From: Xylographa opegraphella
Lineage: Eukaryota
NCBI GenBank assembly: GCA_022813865.1
Contig: JALDZX010000036.1
Location: 62,001-126,000 of the forward strand
Length of the DNA: 64,000 nucleotides
Reading direction: 5' to 3'
Each line of letters opens with the position of its first letter. The first letter of the stretch is position 1. Position numbers and translations under genes: made by a program. Below, one piece after another: positions 49,700 to 61,632 of the stretch. The notes below the pieces were generated by a model, which did not search any database, was not told the origin of the DNA, and worked only from the letters and a program-made list of their open reading frames with translations.

Positions 49700-50705
49700 T
49701 TAAGCGCCTTCGTGCGCTTCCATGAGCTGCAGATAGCTATTCAGGTTTAAGCGCAACAGCCGGAAGATCGGCTCAGCCTCCGCCTGTTGCTCGGGTGAGA
49801 GGTCCAGCAATGTCTCTTTCAGCTTTTCCAGCTGGATCCTGGCGTCTCGTAATAGGTGGCCCAAATCGTCGTGCTCGTCAACAACGAATGAACGACCCGG
49901 CTGCGTTTCCTGCAAGTCAAGCTCTTGCTCCTCAAGGTCCCCGGCCTCCGCTTCCACGCTTCCAAACCCCTCTTCGGACTGCCCTAGCGGCTCGTCCACA
50001 ACCAGGTCGTATACATCCTCGTAGCGGTGTGTCATCGAGGCGCGCCACTGATTGCCCCAGGCATGGTAGACCTGGTTCCGTTCCCACAGCTCCGGGTGGT
50101 TACCGTTCCAGGCTCGGGCGTACTTGCCAGACGGTGATTCGAGGAAATAGAAGTCGCCTGGTACGACACCTTCCCCTCGTTGCCAGACGCCCGGGGTAAG
50201 TTTTGTCAGCACACCGCGGCAATAGGGACAGGTGGTGGCTCCGGTTTCGAACCACTGGGGGCTTGTCAGCACTGATGCACTAGAGAGAGAAACGGGCTTG
50301 GGGCTACGTACAGGTTGGAAGCACTCGGTGGTATGGAAGGCGTGGCCACAGCCTTCGACGCGGATGACAACTTCGTCGTGATAGAACCCCTCTTGACAGA
50401 TGGGGCATTCTGGAATGATGGTTTAGTCATTGCTGATGAGTAACCGACAGGATCGAGTGGGACGACATACCGATCGCGCTCTGAGAAATGGTTTCTTTCT
50501 CCGCGCGCTCCTGGATAGCTTTTTGTTCTGAAAACGTAGGGAACGTCCACACCTGGCGCTTTGCCCTGGCTGGTTCGGGGGCGCGTCTGGGGACTTTCTT
50601 GAGTTCAAGGGCTCGGAGGTGAGGAGGTTTGGCATTGCTGTCGGAGCTGGGCTGGGGGTTGTCGGCGACCCTCCGGGGGAGGGTGTGAGAGAGGTCGCTC
50701 GGCAT
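49700..50705 (-). CDS. RING-H2-like zinc-finger protein, three exons
   Basis: Splicing two GT-AG introns gives ECPICQEGFYHDEVVIRVEGCGHAFHTTECFQPWFETGATTCPYCR, followed by an acidic C-terminus. Confidence 0.72.
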
Positions 50706-53700
50706 GTTGGCTGTTGGAGGAGAAGGAATTGATGGCTTCAAGAACTAGGAGGGAGTGGGTGACGAACGAGGAGGTAGAGGTCAAGGTTGAAAGAGAGCAA
50801 AGGTAGAAGTAAGGAGTTTGGGAGAGAGTTTGGTCAAGACGTAGGCTTCGCTACGGTGTCAATCTGGATACCCAGTGTTGTCTTGCACGTAGTTTACATT
50901 CAGTTAAAGGAAGTGCCGGGAAATTCAAGTACGGAGTCACGAATGATTCATATATAGGCACCGACAGTCAGTCCGAATTCAAAACAGGATTCTGAAAATT
51001 ACGCCGGCCTTCGAAGTTCGCATGAAGGCCAGTTGGAACTCAAATTCAACTGAGTTTCTCGTGGTTCTAAAATTGGAATAGGATTATACTCTCTCTCGTG
51101 GAAGGTTGCCTAGCGGTTGCGAAAAGTCGCGGCTGTGCTCCAGCTAATCGTGTTTGGTGTCAATGGTAGGCTGGCAAGGGTATTTTTGCTGTTAATGTTT
51201 ATCGAGATGTCTTCTGGTAGCTTCTCCTGGGAAATGTTTGTTATTATGGGGTTGCGCTGCTATGTAGAATGTACTAACAAGATTGAAGAAAAGTCATTCA
51301 GGGGCTTAGCTTATTCTCGCCGAGGGGGTCTTCTTTCGATCATTCGGCCAATGACATACATAGACGCCGAGGTTGATTCTGCATCCAGCGACTTTTGCAG
51401 TTGTGATGCTTCTCGCAGCTTGAGAATCTAGCTTCGCTCACATGTCTGGATATGCTATCAATTTTTGTCGGCTATTCGATTGCTGGTAGACGACACGTCA
51501 TCTGAAGCTGCGGTTGTTGCGCACGAGCTTTGATATATCCGACTCCGCTCCGTCCATAGCATCTCTGGAAAGGTATCCCATCGTTGGATTTCGCCCAAGA
51601 GCCCCAGGAAATCCTGTACCAGACTCCATACCTGATCTGGCTCGATGCCCTCTATTTTATGTGTAAGAGGTAGCAAATCAAACGGGTGTTTCCAGGGTTA
51701 TTGTTTATCCCCAGTTGGCCCTTGATTGCAAAGGGGCGCGAATGCTGTTTGGTAGGAACTTTTTCATGGTGCCCAATACAATGGCAAACTCCGTAGCTTC
51801 TCTTCGTGACTCTACTCAGCTGATCAGGGTCAGGAAGATGAGCAACAGTACACCATATACAGATTACTCTGTAAAGCAAACTTATGAAATCATGCGTCTG
51901 TTGCTGCGGCACTCTCGAGTCTCGTACCATAATTAAGCATCGCAAGCTTGGTGTGCAAACATTATACACTCATTCCGCTCAGTCTGCTGTCCTGGTCCCG
52001 TCTCCCCTCTCCTGTATTTTCCTTCAGACCCACCTTTCGATACTGGAACATCACTCTTCCTCTTACACCTCTCGTCCATCGACTTCCCTCGCTGTAGGTC
52101 GGAGGCAACGATTAATGACGTGTATTATTGCTCAACTCAAGACAAATTCGTAGACTCAGTAGAATAATAGATAGCGCGTCTGCTCATTCTGCTTTTCAAT
52201 ACAATTATCTGTTGACAAGTTTTCACGGGAACGTGCCCGGTCCTTGGATACGTAACAAGAGCTTTGTCCACCACAATACCTGTCGAAAAAATCATAACGT
52301 ATGAACAAGATACTCGGTGTGCTAAAGCAAAGCCAGAAGCACTAAAGGAAGAATAGCTAACGGAAATTTGCGGAGCTCTTCCAAGCTGTTCTCCACCCAT
52401 ATACTGTAGGAATCTCATACGTTGCAAAAGGCATACTCTTGCTAGATTCTTTACCATCGGCCTCCGTATTGGGTCGTGCAGTTTGGTCGGACTATGTTCT
52501 TATAAAACTCGGCTAGTGTCTCCGATCCCAGCAGATCCTTGAATGGGAGCGACCGCGTTTGTATCGCCTGACCAGCATCGACGTGGTGATTGGAGTGCCG
52601 GTACTAAGCAAATATTCCGTCCCTAGAGCTGGCTGGCATGATACGCTTCAAGGAAGTCGAATACGGAAAATGCAAGATACTGCTCCCAACTTAACCGTGG
52701 ACTATCTGAACTGCTTTGATAGAGAAGAATATCGACTATCTCGAAAATTGGAATTCGATCTCCCAACGAAACAGCGAAATTCTTGGGGCGATAAGTTTTT
52801 CCTGATAAGAGCTCTTTCTAGGCATCACAGCAATAATTATTTCCCGCCTCTTCCGCTGCTTTTCACAGAAACCTCGTAGCGGAAGCGGCACCTTGCGGAA
52901 GTGCTGGCGGTGCTCTGGCGGCTAAGACGCCTAACCAGATAGTTGGTGGGAGCCGCCGGCTCCCTAACTTCCACACTATCCCTATTCTCAAAGACAGGCA
53001 CCTTAAAAGCATTTCATAACATCCATTATTAAGACATACCCTAACTCCTGAGCCATATACTCCGTATGTTCTTTCGCCAGTGGCTGCTCACAGACAGTGG
53101 CCTCGACGGGGCGAATTCGCGCCTTGGCGCAACACTTTGCCCAACTTGGAAATGCCACCCGAGCAAGGCACTCGGCTGGTAGCTACTCAGCGGTCTCCAG
53201 GTCGATAATCTGCTACACCGCCAGATAGCAGATGAGAGTTACCAGCCAGTACTTTCCGCCTCATGCTTCTCTATATGTGTTGGGATTAAAGCGATGATGG
53301 TACATCGACTGATAATCTTCGCTGCCGTTATGCCGTTCCTGGCAGGCTCTTTCAAAGGATGGCTTACAGAATACGAGTTTTTTCCCAATACAGTGATACT
53401 GTGGCTTGCTGAAACCTATCTACGGCAGCCTCGTCCTCGTGTTGAAGCTGTGGCTTGCAGTAGAAGATGTCTGAACAGCTGAGCTTCTCCAAAGACGAGG
53501 GTTTTGTGGGTGCAGCTGTTAGGCATGGAGTGTTTCCTGCTTTCGATGGAGTTTTGACTGTATTATGGATTCTCTTGACATATAAGAACCGGGCAAACTC
53601 GCTGCAATGTTTGGTTTTTAGACATGTTAATTATTTTGGCCGACCTGGAATCGGGGTGCCCGCTATCACAAGGTTATACATCCGTGATCATCCTACGTTA

Positions 53701-53790
53701 CTTATATTAAGTGTCTCAAAGCTTGGATTCTCAAATCGAGTCATCTTACTCACGAATATAGATACCGGTGCCTCTGGTACTACAAACATC

Positions 53791-55285
53791 ATGGCCTCCG
53801 CTAAGAGATCACCCGGGGACAACATATACATTCCAATTCCAGGAGACACATCTGGAGACCTGTGGCATCTCGCAGCCGCACAGATCCTATCCTTCAAATA
53901 TGGCCAAGACCGGAAGTTCATCGTACCAGTTGTCGGTCTGCCAGTCCAGGTGCAGAAACTGAATGAGAATGAGCGTCGTATGCAAGACAAGTCCTACAGC
54001 CAAGGGCAGAGCACTTTCGACTACCTAACCAAAATTGGATTGGAATGCCTTCTCATGCTTGTCCGGGTGGGCGAAGGAGCAACCTCACGAGAGAATCTGG
54101 AGAAAGTCATGTGGTACACGACGAACGAGCAATATGATCAGCTGTACCAGACCCAACAAGCCGTACAGCAGCAGCCAACTTTTGCCAGCCTTGTACCGAG
54201 TTTGACGCCTATCGTTGTTCCTCCCGGGAATTTGAAAGAGATATGGTGTCCACGGACAGACCGAGTCGTGCATCTAAGGACGGCGACCACTATAGCTATG
54301 TCGTACCTTGAGCCGGTGGTCAGCAGGAATGGCCGATTGAAGTACCTTGCGGGCCGAATGTACTCCCAAAATCCGGATGTCAAGGATATGGCCGTAGAGG
54401 CTGCTGCTCAAAAGAAAAAGCAAAAGTTGGACGAGCTGATCACGAAATTCCAGAAAGGAAAAGTATACCCGCGAATCGTGCTGGAAAACTGGCGCATCGG
54501 CGAAGTAAACCGGCAGACTAACTCTAACACGAGTATTGGCACACAGCTACAATCCCTGGTGGACGCTGTAGGTCCTGAAACACTGGCTATCATTAGGGTT
54601 ACGGCTGTGCCGGATCAACAGTCAATTGACAAAGCCGACTGGCCAAAGTATCTTGATATATACGGCAAGCAAGGCAATCCCGACGATCCTGGTCTGGATC
54701 CACGAGCACAAAGTAGATTTTGGAACCTCGTTTCTCAAGACCCTAGGGTCGTGGGACTATTTGGCGGCAGAAGCGGGTCAGTGGATATCGCTGCATTCAG
54801 CGGGATGACTTGCTTCTTCTGGGACGAGCCGTGGCTTCCGTTCGTGGCAGGCGTCTTGGACGACCCAATAATGACGAAGATGAACGAATGGAAGAATGTC
54901 TCATTCGTATCGCAGACTCTACGTTCATTGGAATTATCACCAGTAATGAGCATTGGTGTGGCGGTTGAAAGGGACAACGAGGACAATTGGAAACGGATCG
55001 ACGAGACCGCTCTTGCGAAATGGTTGCACTCCATCAACAACAAGCCCCCTAACGTACCGTACAACGGGGAAATTTGGCCCGGTTGCGTACCAACTGTCAA
55101 GTGGAGGAATAAGGTGGGTTTTTTTCCAGCTTCCAGCATGGGACTGTTGCTAAAGCTTCATGTTGCAGACACTTACCGAGCACCGACAGTGGTACCTGGA
55201 GAAAAGGAGTATCGGAATCGTGGCTACCGTGTTGGACCGAATGAACTACAAAGACGAGAAGCCGTACGGCGCCTGGCAGAAATGA
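53791..55285 (+). CDS. Orphan protein (about 479 aa), possible GT-B-fold glycosyltransferase-like domain
   Basis: Long stop-free frame from ATG 53791. Intron 55114-55168 (GTGGGT...GCTAAA...CAG) leads to a 38-codon terminal exon. Motifs PGDTSGDLWHLAAA and GLFGGRSGSVDIAAFSGMTCFFWD. Confidence 0.6.
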
Positions 55286-56039
55286 AAGGACCGAGTCAGG
55301 TAGTAGCAATACAAGTATGGGATACGACCTTGGAACGTAACGACATGCGTGCAAGTTGGACAGAGCTATCGTGGATTAGGACTGGATTGCTTGTTTCTTC
55401 TGATATACTTCCTTGCAGGCATTTAATGGGATTGAGTTGGTGCGGGTCTCAGATGGTATCAGAAGCAATTGTGTATGGCTTTCTTCGTTCCGGCAACTGC
55501 CCGAACAACTCTCGATCGCTCAAAACAAACTGTTTATTGAATAGCCACAATAGAGCATACACCCATGCAGGAGTCGTGTTCATTCTGCAGTCTTTCCCTC
55601 CATCAAACACAACTTCGACGTCTCCCTTCGGCCCGCCACGACCCGAGCCGCCAAGCCCGATTCGGCTCCCCATCCCCAGCTCTCGTCCCTGCGTCATCGC
55701 CTCCGCCACAACCTTTCCTCTCCAGCAGCAGCGCCAAATGTCGGTCCGAAGCCAATCAACGCACACCGCCTTGCCACGGCGGGAGCAGTTGCTACAAAGT
55801 ATGCTCGAAGACTCCAGAAAGCCACGTTGCAGCCTCCACCCGATGCATAACAGCGGAGGGGCGTCGCTACTCATGCGGTCATACCGGCAAGTCCTAAGTC
55901 CGACGTATCGAGATCTATTGCGTCAGTGGTTACCCGAGGACTGTGTACAGACTCGTCTGCCTGCTGCTGGTAGAGCATATATTCTGTGAACGCACTCACC
56001 CCCAACTGCACTCTTCCCCTCTCCACAATCAAATCCTCT

Positions 56040-57000
56040 ATGCTCTCCCCTCTTCGCACACAAGCCAGACTATTCACAGTCCGAACATCGCCCGTTGCCT
56101 GTACCGTCCGCAATATCCATAACTCTCTACACGCAAGCCGCCCCTTCACCACCACCAACACCACCATGGCCTCCGCCACCGCCGCCGCAGGCGCCTCCTC
56201 CGCCGCCGACTCTGGCAAAACGAACTTCTCCCACCCGTCCTCCGCGCCGGGCGAGAACTTCGAGGTGCGCCAGACGGCGCCGTCGGAAGACTACACGCCG
56301 GACCCGTCCAAGTCGCTGCCGCTGAGCAAGGCGCGCCAGGCGCTGGTGGACGACATCATCGCGCTGTACAGCTGCGAGCCGACGGTGCAGCGGGTGAAGC
56401 GGTACACGCCCGACTGCGTGTACGACGACCAGTTCGTGTACGCCAACGACCGCTACAAGATGGCGGGCCAGTGGTTCGCGCTGCCGAAGCTGTTCAACGC
56501 GAGTAAGAACGAGGGCTACCAGATCGTCGTCAACGATAAGGATCTCATCCAGTTCAAGAACGCCCAGGTACGTTTACATCCCCTCCTCCCTCCGTTCATT
56601 TCCCTTTCGTCGCAGTGAGAAAATATCCCCCTTCTCGGTAAACAAGATACATACAAAACCGTGCTAACGACACCCCGTTGTCCCCCTGCAGTCATGGACC
56701 TTCCGCCTCATCCCCAAAACGGCGACCATCAACGCCCTCGTGTCGCTGTCGCTCGACCCGGCCACCGTCGACTCGGACTTCATCCAGGTCAAGTACCACA
56801 AGGACCAGGCCAACGACAAGGACTACTCGCACGAGGGTGTCGGCTTCAGCTTCAAGAAGTGGCAGGCCGACCAGGTCGCCAAGCACATGGACAGCCCCGA
56901 GGTCGCCCAGTTCGAGGCCGACAAGGGCGCCGGCAAGGAGGCGGTGCGGAAGTATGGCAGTGGTGGGAAAGACGGCCAGGCGCCCGTGAAGGATTTGTGA
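56040..57000 (+). CDS. Conserved fungal NTF2/SnoaL-like protein with mitochondrial-type presequence
   Basis: IIALYSCEPT...RYTPDCVYDDQFVYANDRYKMAGQWFALPKLF, intron 56568-56691, then SWTFRLIPKTATINALV...IQVKYHKDQ. Arg/Ser/Thr-rich N-terminus without acidic residues. Confidence 0.72.
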
Positions 57001-57534
57001 GCGGGGTGGGTTGGGTTTTTTTGTAAGATAGGGGGTGGCTTGGGGAGGTTGGGATGTGGGGTTGATACTATGGGTGTTGGTATCGGTGACTAGATTCACC
57101 ACTTATGTGGTGGTTGTGGCATAGTGCTGGTACATATCGTGCCCTGTAATGAAAAGTTACCCTTCAAAATCCACGGCTCGTGGTATCCCGTGTGCTCATC
57201 GTCCCACCCCGTCTGCAGCCGTGAAATGGAAAATAGAAATCGGAATCAAGACGACGATCATCGATTAGTTCAGAACTGCCATTGATATTAAATACCAGCA
57301 CCATCTACTAAAACTACGTGGTTATTACAGAAGAGTGCAAGGAATCTATACATCTCGCCCATTAAGAACCCCTCCTCCCCTTTCCAATCCCATCCCTGCC
57401 CCTTTCCAACCCACGTATCCATCCATCCATCCATCCCTCAGTCCAAAACCGCCCCCCCGCCAGAAACCACCCCCCTACCACACTCACCCGCTTAACGACC
57501 CCCAACCCAGCTCGGAACCGGAACTCGTCCCCAC

Positions 57535-59601
57535 CTAGTGCACCAAGCCCACGCTCGCGACCTTGTCATCCTCCCCCTCGTCAGCCGCACCACGGGTCCA
57601 CGCCGCATTCTCGGCTGGGCTGCGCTCCCCGGACGCGTGGGCGGGCAGGGAGCGTTTAGGACGGGGAGAGTCCTGGTCGACGGGATCGAGCGCTGACGGA
57701 CTGGGAGCCTGCATGGTAGCCTTCTCGGCCTGGAAGGGCTCCTGCGCGGGTGCGGGCTCCGCAGCAGCGGCGGTGGAGGGCTCGATGGTGTGAAGGGCGC
57801 GGTTGGCGCCGAGCAGCTGCTCGAGGTCGCCGTTCGTCAGCATGGGTGCTTTCGGGGCGGGCGGGGCGGCAGTGGCCGTGGAGGGAGGAGCGTCATCGGC
57901 GAGGTCGGGGGCGTAGCCGACGTCGCTGGTGGGGAGGTCGTCGTCCGCGGCACTGTGGCTCGGGGGGTCGTCCCCGTCGTCGGAGTCCTCGCCCAGGAGC
58001 TCTTCGTCGGGGACGCCTTGCGGGGTGCCGTCCATGTCAGCGGGGCCGGCGGCGGGCGAGTAGGGGTCGTTGCCGTTGGAGGTGTCGGCGACGGAATCCT
58101 TGGTGCGCGTGAAGGGGTTGTCGAGCAGTTCCTGCTCCGAGACGTCTTTCCAGCTGCATTTAGCGTGCTTTTTGGTGCAGCCCTGGCAAGCCGTCAGGTT
58201 CTTGCGGCAGTCCATGTGCAGTCTCCGGCATCGGTCGCACGGGGGCATCACGCGGTCTCCGCGCTGCATGGAATCCATACGCGAGAGCATTTCCGCTTTG
58301 TATGGGCCGCTGTCGTCGAACTTCTCGGCCATGGGTACCTTGTACTGTAGGTTGGAGGGAGTGTTGGGGATTGCAACCGGGGAGGCGGAGTTGAGGAGGA
58401 TGTTAGCGTAATCGGCGATGTCGTTCCCATGTCTCGACTTCGGCTTGGAGCTTGAATGGAGACGAGGGGCAGATGATGATGCTCTGAAACCATCGTGATC
58501 GTTGGCGCTGTTGCCTTCGTTGGCTCGCTCCCGCATGTTGTTGAAATAGTTCATGAGTTCGGTGCGTGTAGCAGGAGATGCTGAGGATCCGTGATAGGAC
58601 TTCCCGTTCATGGATACTGCATGCTGGACTTTAGACGCATCGAACCCGAATGCATTGGAGCTATTGTTGCTCGTGAGTACTGGGCGAGAGTTGACGGCAA
58701 CAAAGCCAGAGGTAGGCGAGTTCGAATCGCGGCGTTCTCGATTGTCAGCGACGTTGTGCTCGGAACCATCGGCGGCGGAAGGAGAAGCTCTCGCAGCTCC
58801 ATTTTCAGCTGCAGGGAATGCTTCAGCCTCACGTCTACTGACGATCGCATTCTTCCGATTCCGGATACGATGATTCAATTGACGTGCTCTCCCAGCGACT
58901 ATGAATATTGTCAGCATAGACAGCTAGGCAGGACTGGAGATTGAATGGAACTTGCCTTGATCAGTAAGCTGAACCAACTGTCCAATGTTCTTCTCCAGTA
59001 TTTCTAGTGTCCCTAGTTCCTTCTCTTCATCCTCTGCAATCGGCTGGGGAGGGATGAGCCTCTGCGGCATTCCGGAATGAATCAAGACATAGTCTTCCTC
59101 GGAAATCTCCACACGACACTGCTTGGTGTAGAACTGGCAGACCCTGATGCCATCACGCATCTTTTCAAGGTTGAACTGTTCTGGCTTGTGTCTCGCGAAA
59201 TCTACGACATCAAGCCATGTCACGTTCGTACCCTCCTTTCCGTGGGATTTAAGGACTCGCGGAGGGCCTTCAAAGAGCCTCTCGAACCTCTTGATGAGGA
59301 TCGGACCTAGGAGCCTGACTCCGAGGTTGCCGACCATGCTCTCGTGCCTGTCCAGCACTCCAATGTATTCCCCGATCAACTGTAGCAGCGCCGGAAGGGT
59401 GTCGTTCGCAGAGATCAAGGCGAGATCATCTGTGTATAGGCGCGTAAGATAATTGATCTGCAGGTGCGCATTGTGCATCTTCGCTGTCTTGGCTGGTGGA
59501 GCTGAGGAGGCTGTCCGTTCAGCGGAAGGACTCCGCTTGCGTTTGGAGGCGCCATTCAGGCCATCTGGAGTCTGGCTCATGGAGAGACCTGCATCGTCCA
59601 T
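57535..59601 (-). CDS. Zn(II)2Cys6-like cluster protein (internal cluster), two exons joined by a GC-AG intron
   Basis: PPCDRCRRLHMDCRKNLTACQGCTKKHAKCSW. N-terminal domain LQINYL...RHESMVGNLG...FYTKQCRVEISEEDY. Intron 58899-58955. Confidence 0.82.
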
Positions 59602-60025
59602 CTCGCTGACGATGATGGATCAGGATGGTGGAAGTTCCCCAGATGGTAATTCTTTTGCGACGGGCGGAAGAGGCGGAAGGGCGTATCCGGTGCGACAGGA
59701 GCAGGCGCGAAGATTTCCGAGCGGAAAGCTTGTCGATAGTGTTATGACGAGCCGCGGAACACGTATCTACCGACTCAGTACCTTTCCAACGTAAAGGTCA
59801 GCATTTCGTGCGAGTGAAAGGACACATAAGAGGGATGCAGGTTCGCGACGTTGCAAACGTCTCCCCGGGGGGGGGCAGTGTCTAAAGGCGGGGCCACACC
59901 TCTCCTCTTCCGCCCCCCCCCCGGCCCGGGACAGGCCACGGGCTTGGACAACACCCTACATTAGCGCCACCCTCCTTCGCCAACGTCTGAAGCCTGCCCG
60001 AGCAACGCACCACACCGACCATCAA

Positions 60026-60535
60026 ATGTCCGAGAGAGGCAACTTCCGTGGTGGACGAGCTGGTGGACGAGGTGGCGGAGGCGGAGGCGATCACCGAGGA
60101 GGTCGCGGAGGCGGAAGAGGTGGAGCGCAAGGGCAAGCAGAGAGACCGAAGAAAGAGAACATCTTGGACCTGTCGAAATACATGGATAAGCAGATCAACG
60201 TCAAATTCACTGGAGGTCGAGAAGGTTAGTTCTCCCGCACCCGAACATGCGCTTGCAGCTCCGCTTACTATTACGTCCAGTCGTAGGCACACTCAAGGGG
60301 TATGATCAACTCATGAATTTAGTTCTGGATGATGTCCAAGAGCTATTGAGAGGTACTGGCATTACACGAAAATTGCTAGTGGTACTGCAGCTAATTGTAT
60401 CTTGCAGATGACGAAGGCAATGAATCCACACGGTCGCTGGGCTTGATGGTCGCTCGTGGAACACTTCTGGTCCTCATCTCCCCAACCGATGGTAGCGAAC
60501 AAATTCCAAACCCTTTCAACGTTGCCGAAGACTGA
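60026..60535 (+). CDS. LSM7: U6 snRNA-associated Sm-like protein LSm7, three exons
   Basis: RPKKENILDLSKYMDKQINVKFTGGREVVGTLKGYDQLMNLVLDDV...RSLGLMVARGTLLVLISPTDGSEQIPNPF, with an RGG-rich N-terminus. Confidence 0.95.
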
Positions 60536-61632
60536 GATTGGAGCCGGGTTGAATCCGATTCGATGTTGAGGGACAATTATTCTCCCTTACACAAGGTGTC
60601 AGGTAGAGACAGGATCGGTAGTGGTGAACACCATAAGCAACTCATTTGAACTGCAGACGCAATATGGTGGGCATATCAGGATGTGGATCTTAATAGATCA
60701 AGCAGTCCTGGGACAGATGGAAGTCTAGCATTGATGCCGGCAGAAGGAGTCTGATCAAGGAAGGTTAAGAATTAGGTGAGGAATATTGTCGTCAAGTAGC
60801 TCAACCAAAGTTTCATGCAGAAGCTGGGAGTCATGCCACAAACCCTTGACAGATGCATTCGTTCACAAGTTGACATGCTAGAGCTGCCAAGTTCATCTGA
60901 TGTTCACGCCGGCGCTCTGTTGAGGGCTCATGATATGTCAGCTTGTTATAGCCAGTGACATTTCTTAGTACACATGTCTAATAACCACTGTAATGGAACT
61001 CAATCCTCCTCTATCTATGCACTCAAACAGCCGAAGCCCTGGCCCGAAATTTTCATTATGAATGCATACGATGATTGGAAACAAATCATACCTTGTCAAC
61101 AGCAAGACAAGTCCCAACAAAACCCATTCGGCTACACTCGTTAATGACCTCACCGTGACCCCTATGCTGAAATACCAAATCAATCTAAACATCAATCAAA
61201 CTTGGTAAGGAAAGATCGAACGTTCAGGAATATGATTCTATAATACAGACGATACTTTTATATGTACAGTTGATCAAAAATCCTCCGTTCCGGCAATGGG
61301 ACGAGCTGTTTTCCCACCACGTTTCGAACCGATATATATATCGTGATTCGCCAACAAAATACACTCTAGGCTCTCCCTTTCGCTGCTGCGGACCGAGAGA
61401 TCTTCACTTGCCAGCGGGGCAACCAGTCCCTTGACCTTGCTTTATCACTTCTCGAACTCCACGCTCCTTGCAACAAAGGTGTGTATATCCAAGCAAGACG
61501 TCCTCGGAGATACCTGAGAACTCATCGGAGCGACACCGTAAAACCAAAAAAATGGACTATGCCGCCCAAGATCACGACCTTCTATAGAGCTGCCATGAAG
61601 GACAAGAGACACGAGAACATATCCTGCAGCCA

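Noticed and set aside
50800..53700. Transposon relic or pseudogene in the gene-poor stretch
   Set aside because: Only short ORFs with no recognisable transposase, RT or other motifs, and no terminal repeats seen.
53467..55989. 840-aa ORF taken as a single protein
   Set aside because: The N- and C-terminal extensions read like non-coding sequence. A good ATG at 53791 and a clear intron at 55114-55168 give a shorter gene ending at 55285.
57415..57436. (CCAT)n microsatellite (also (CTCA)n at about 18251-18272)
   Set aside because: Ordinary short simple repeats with no further structure.
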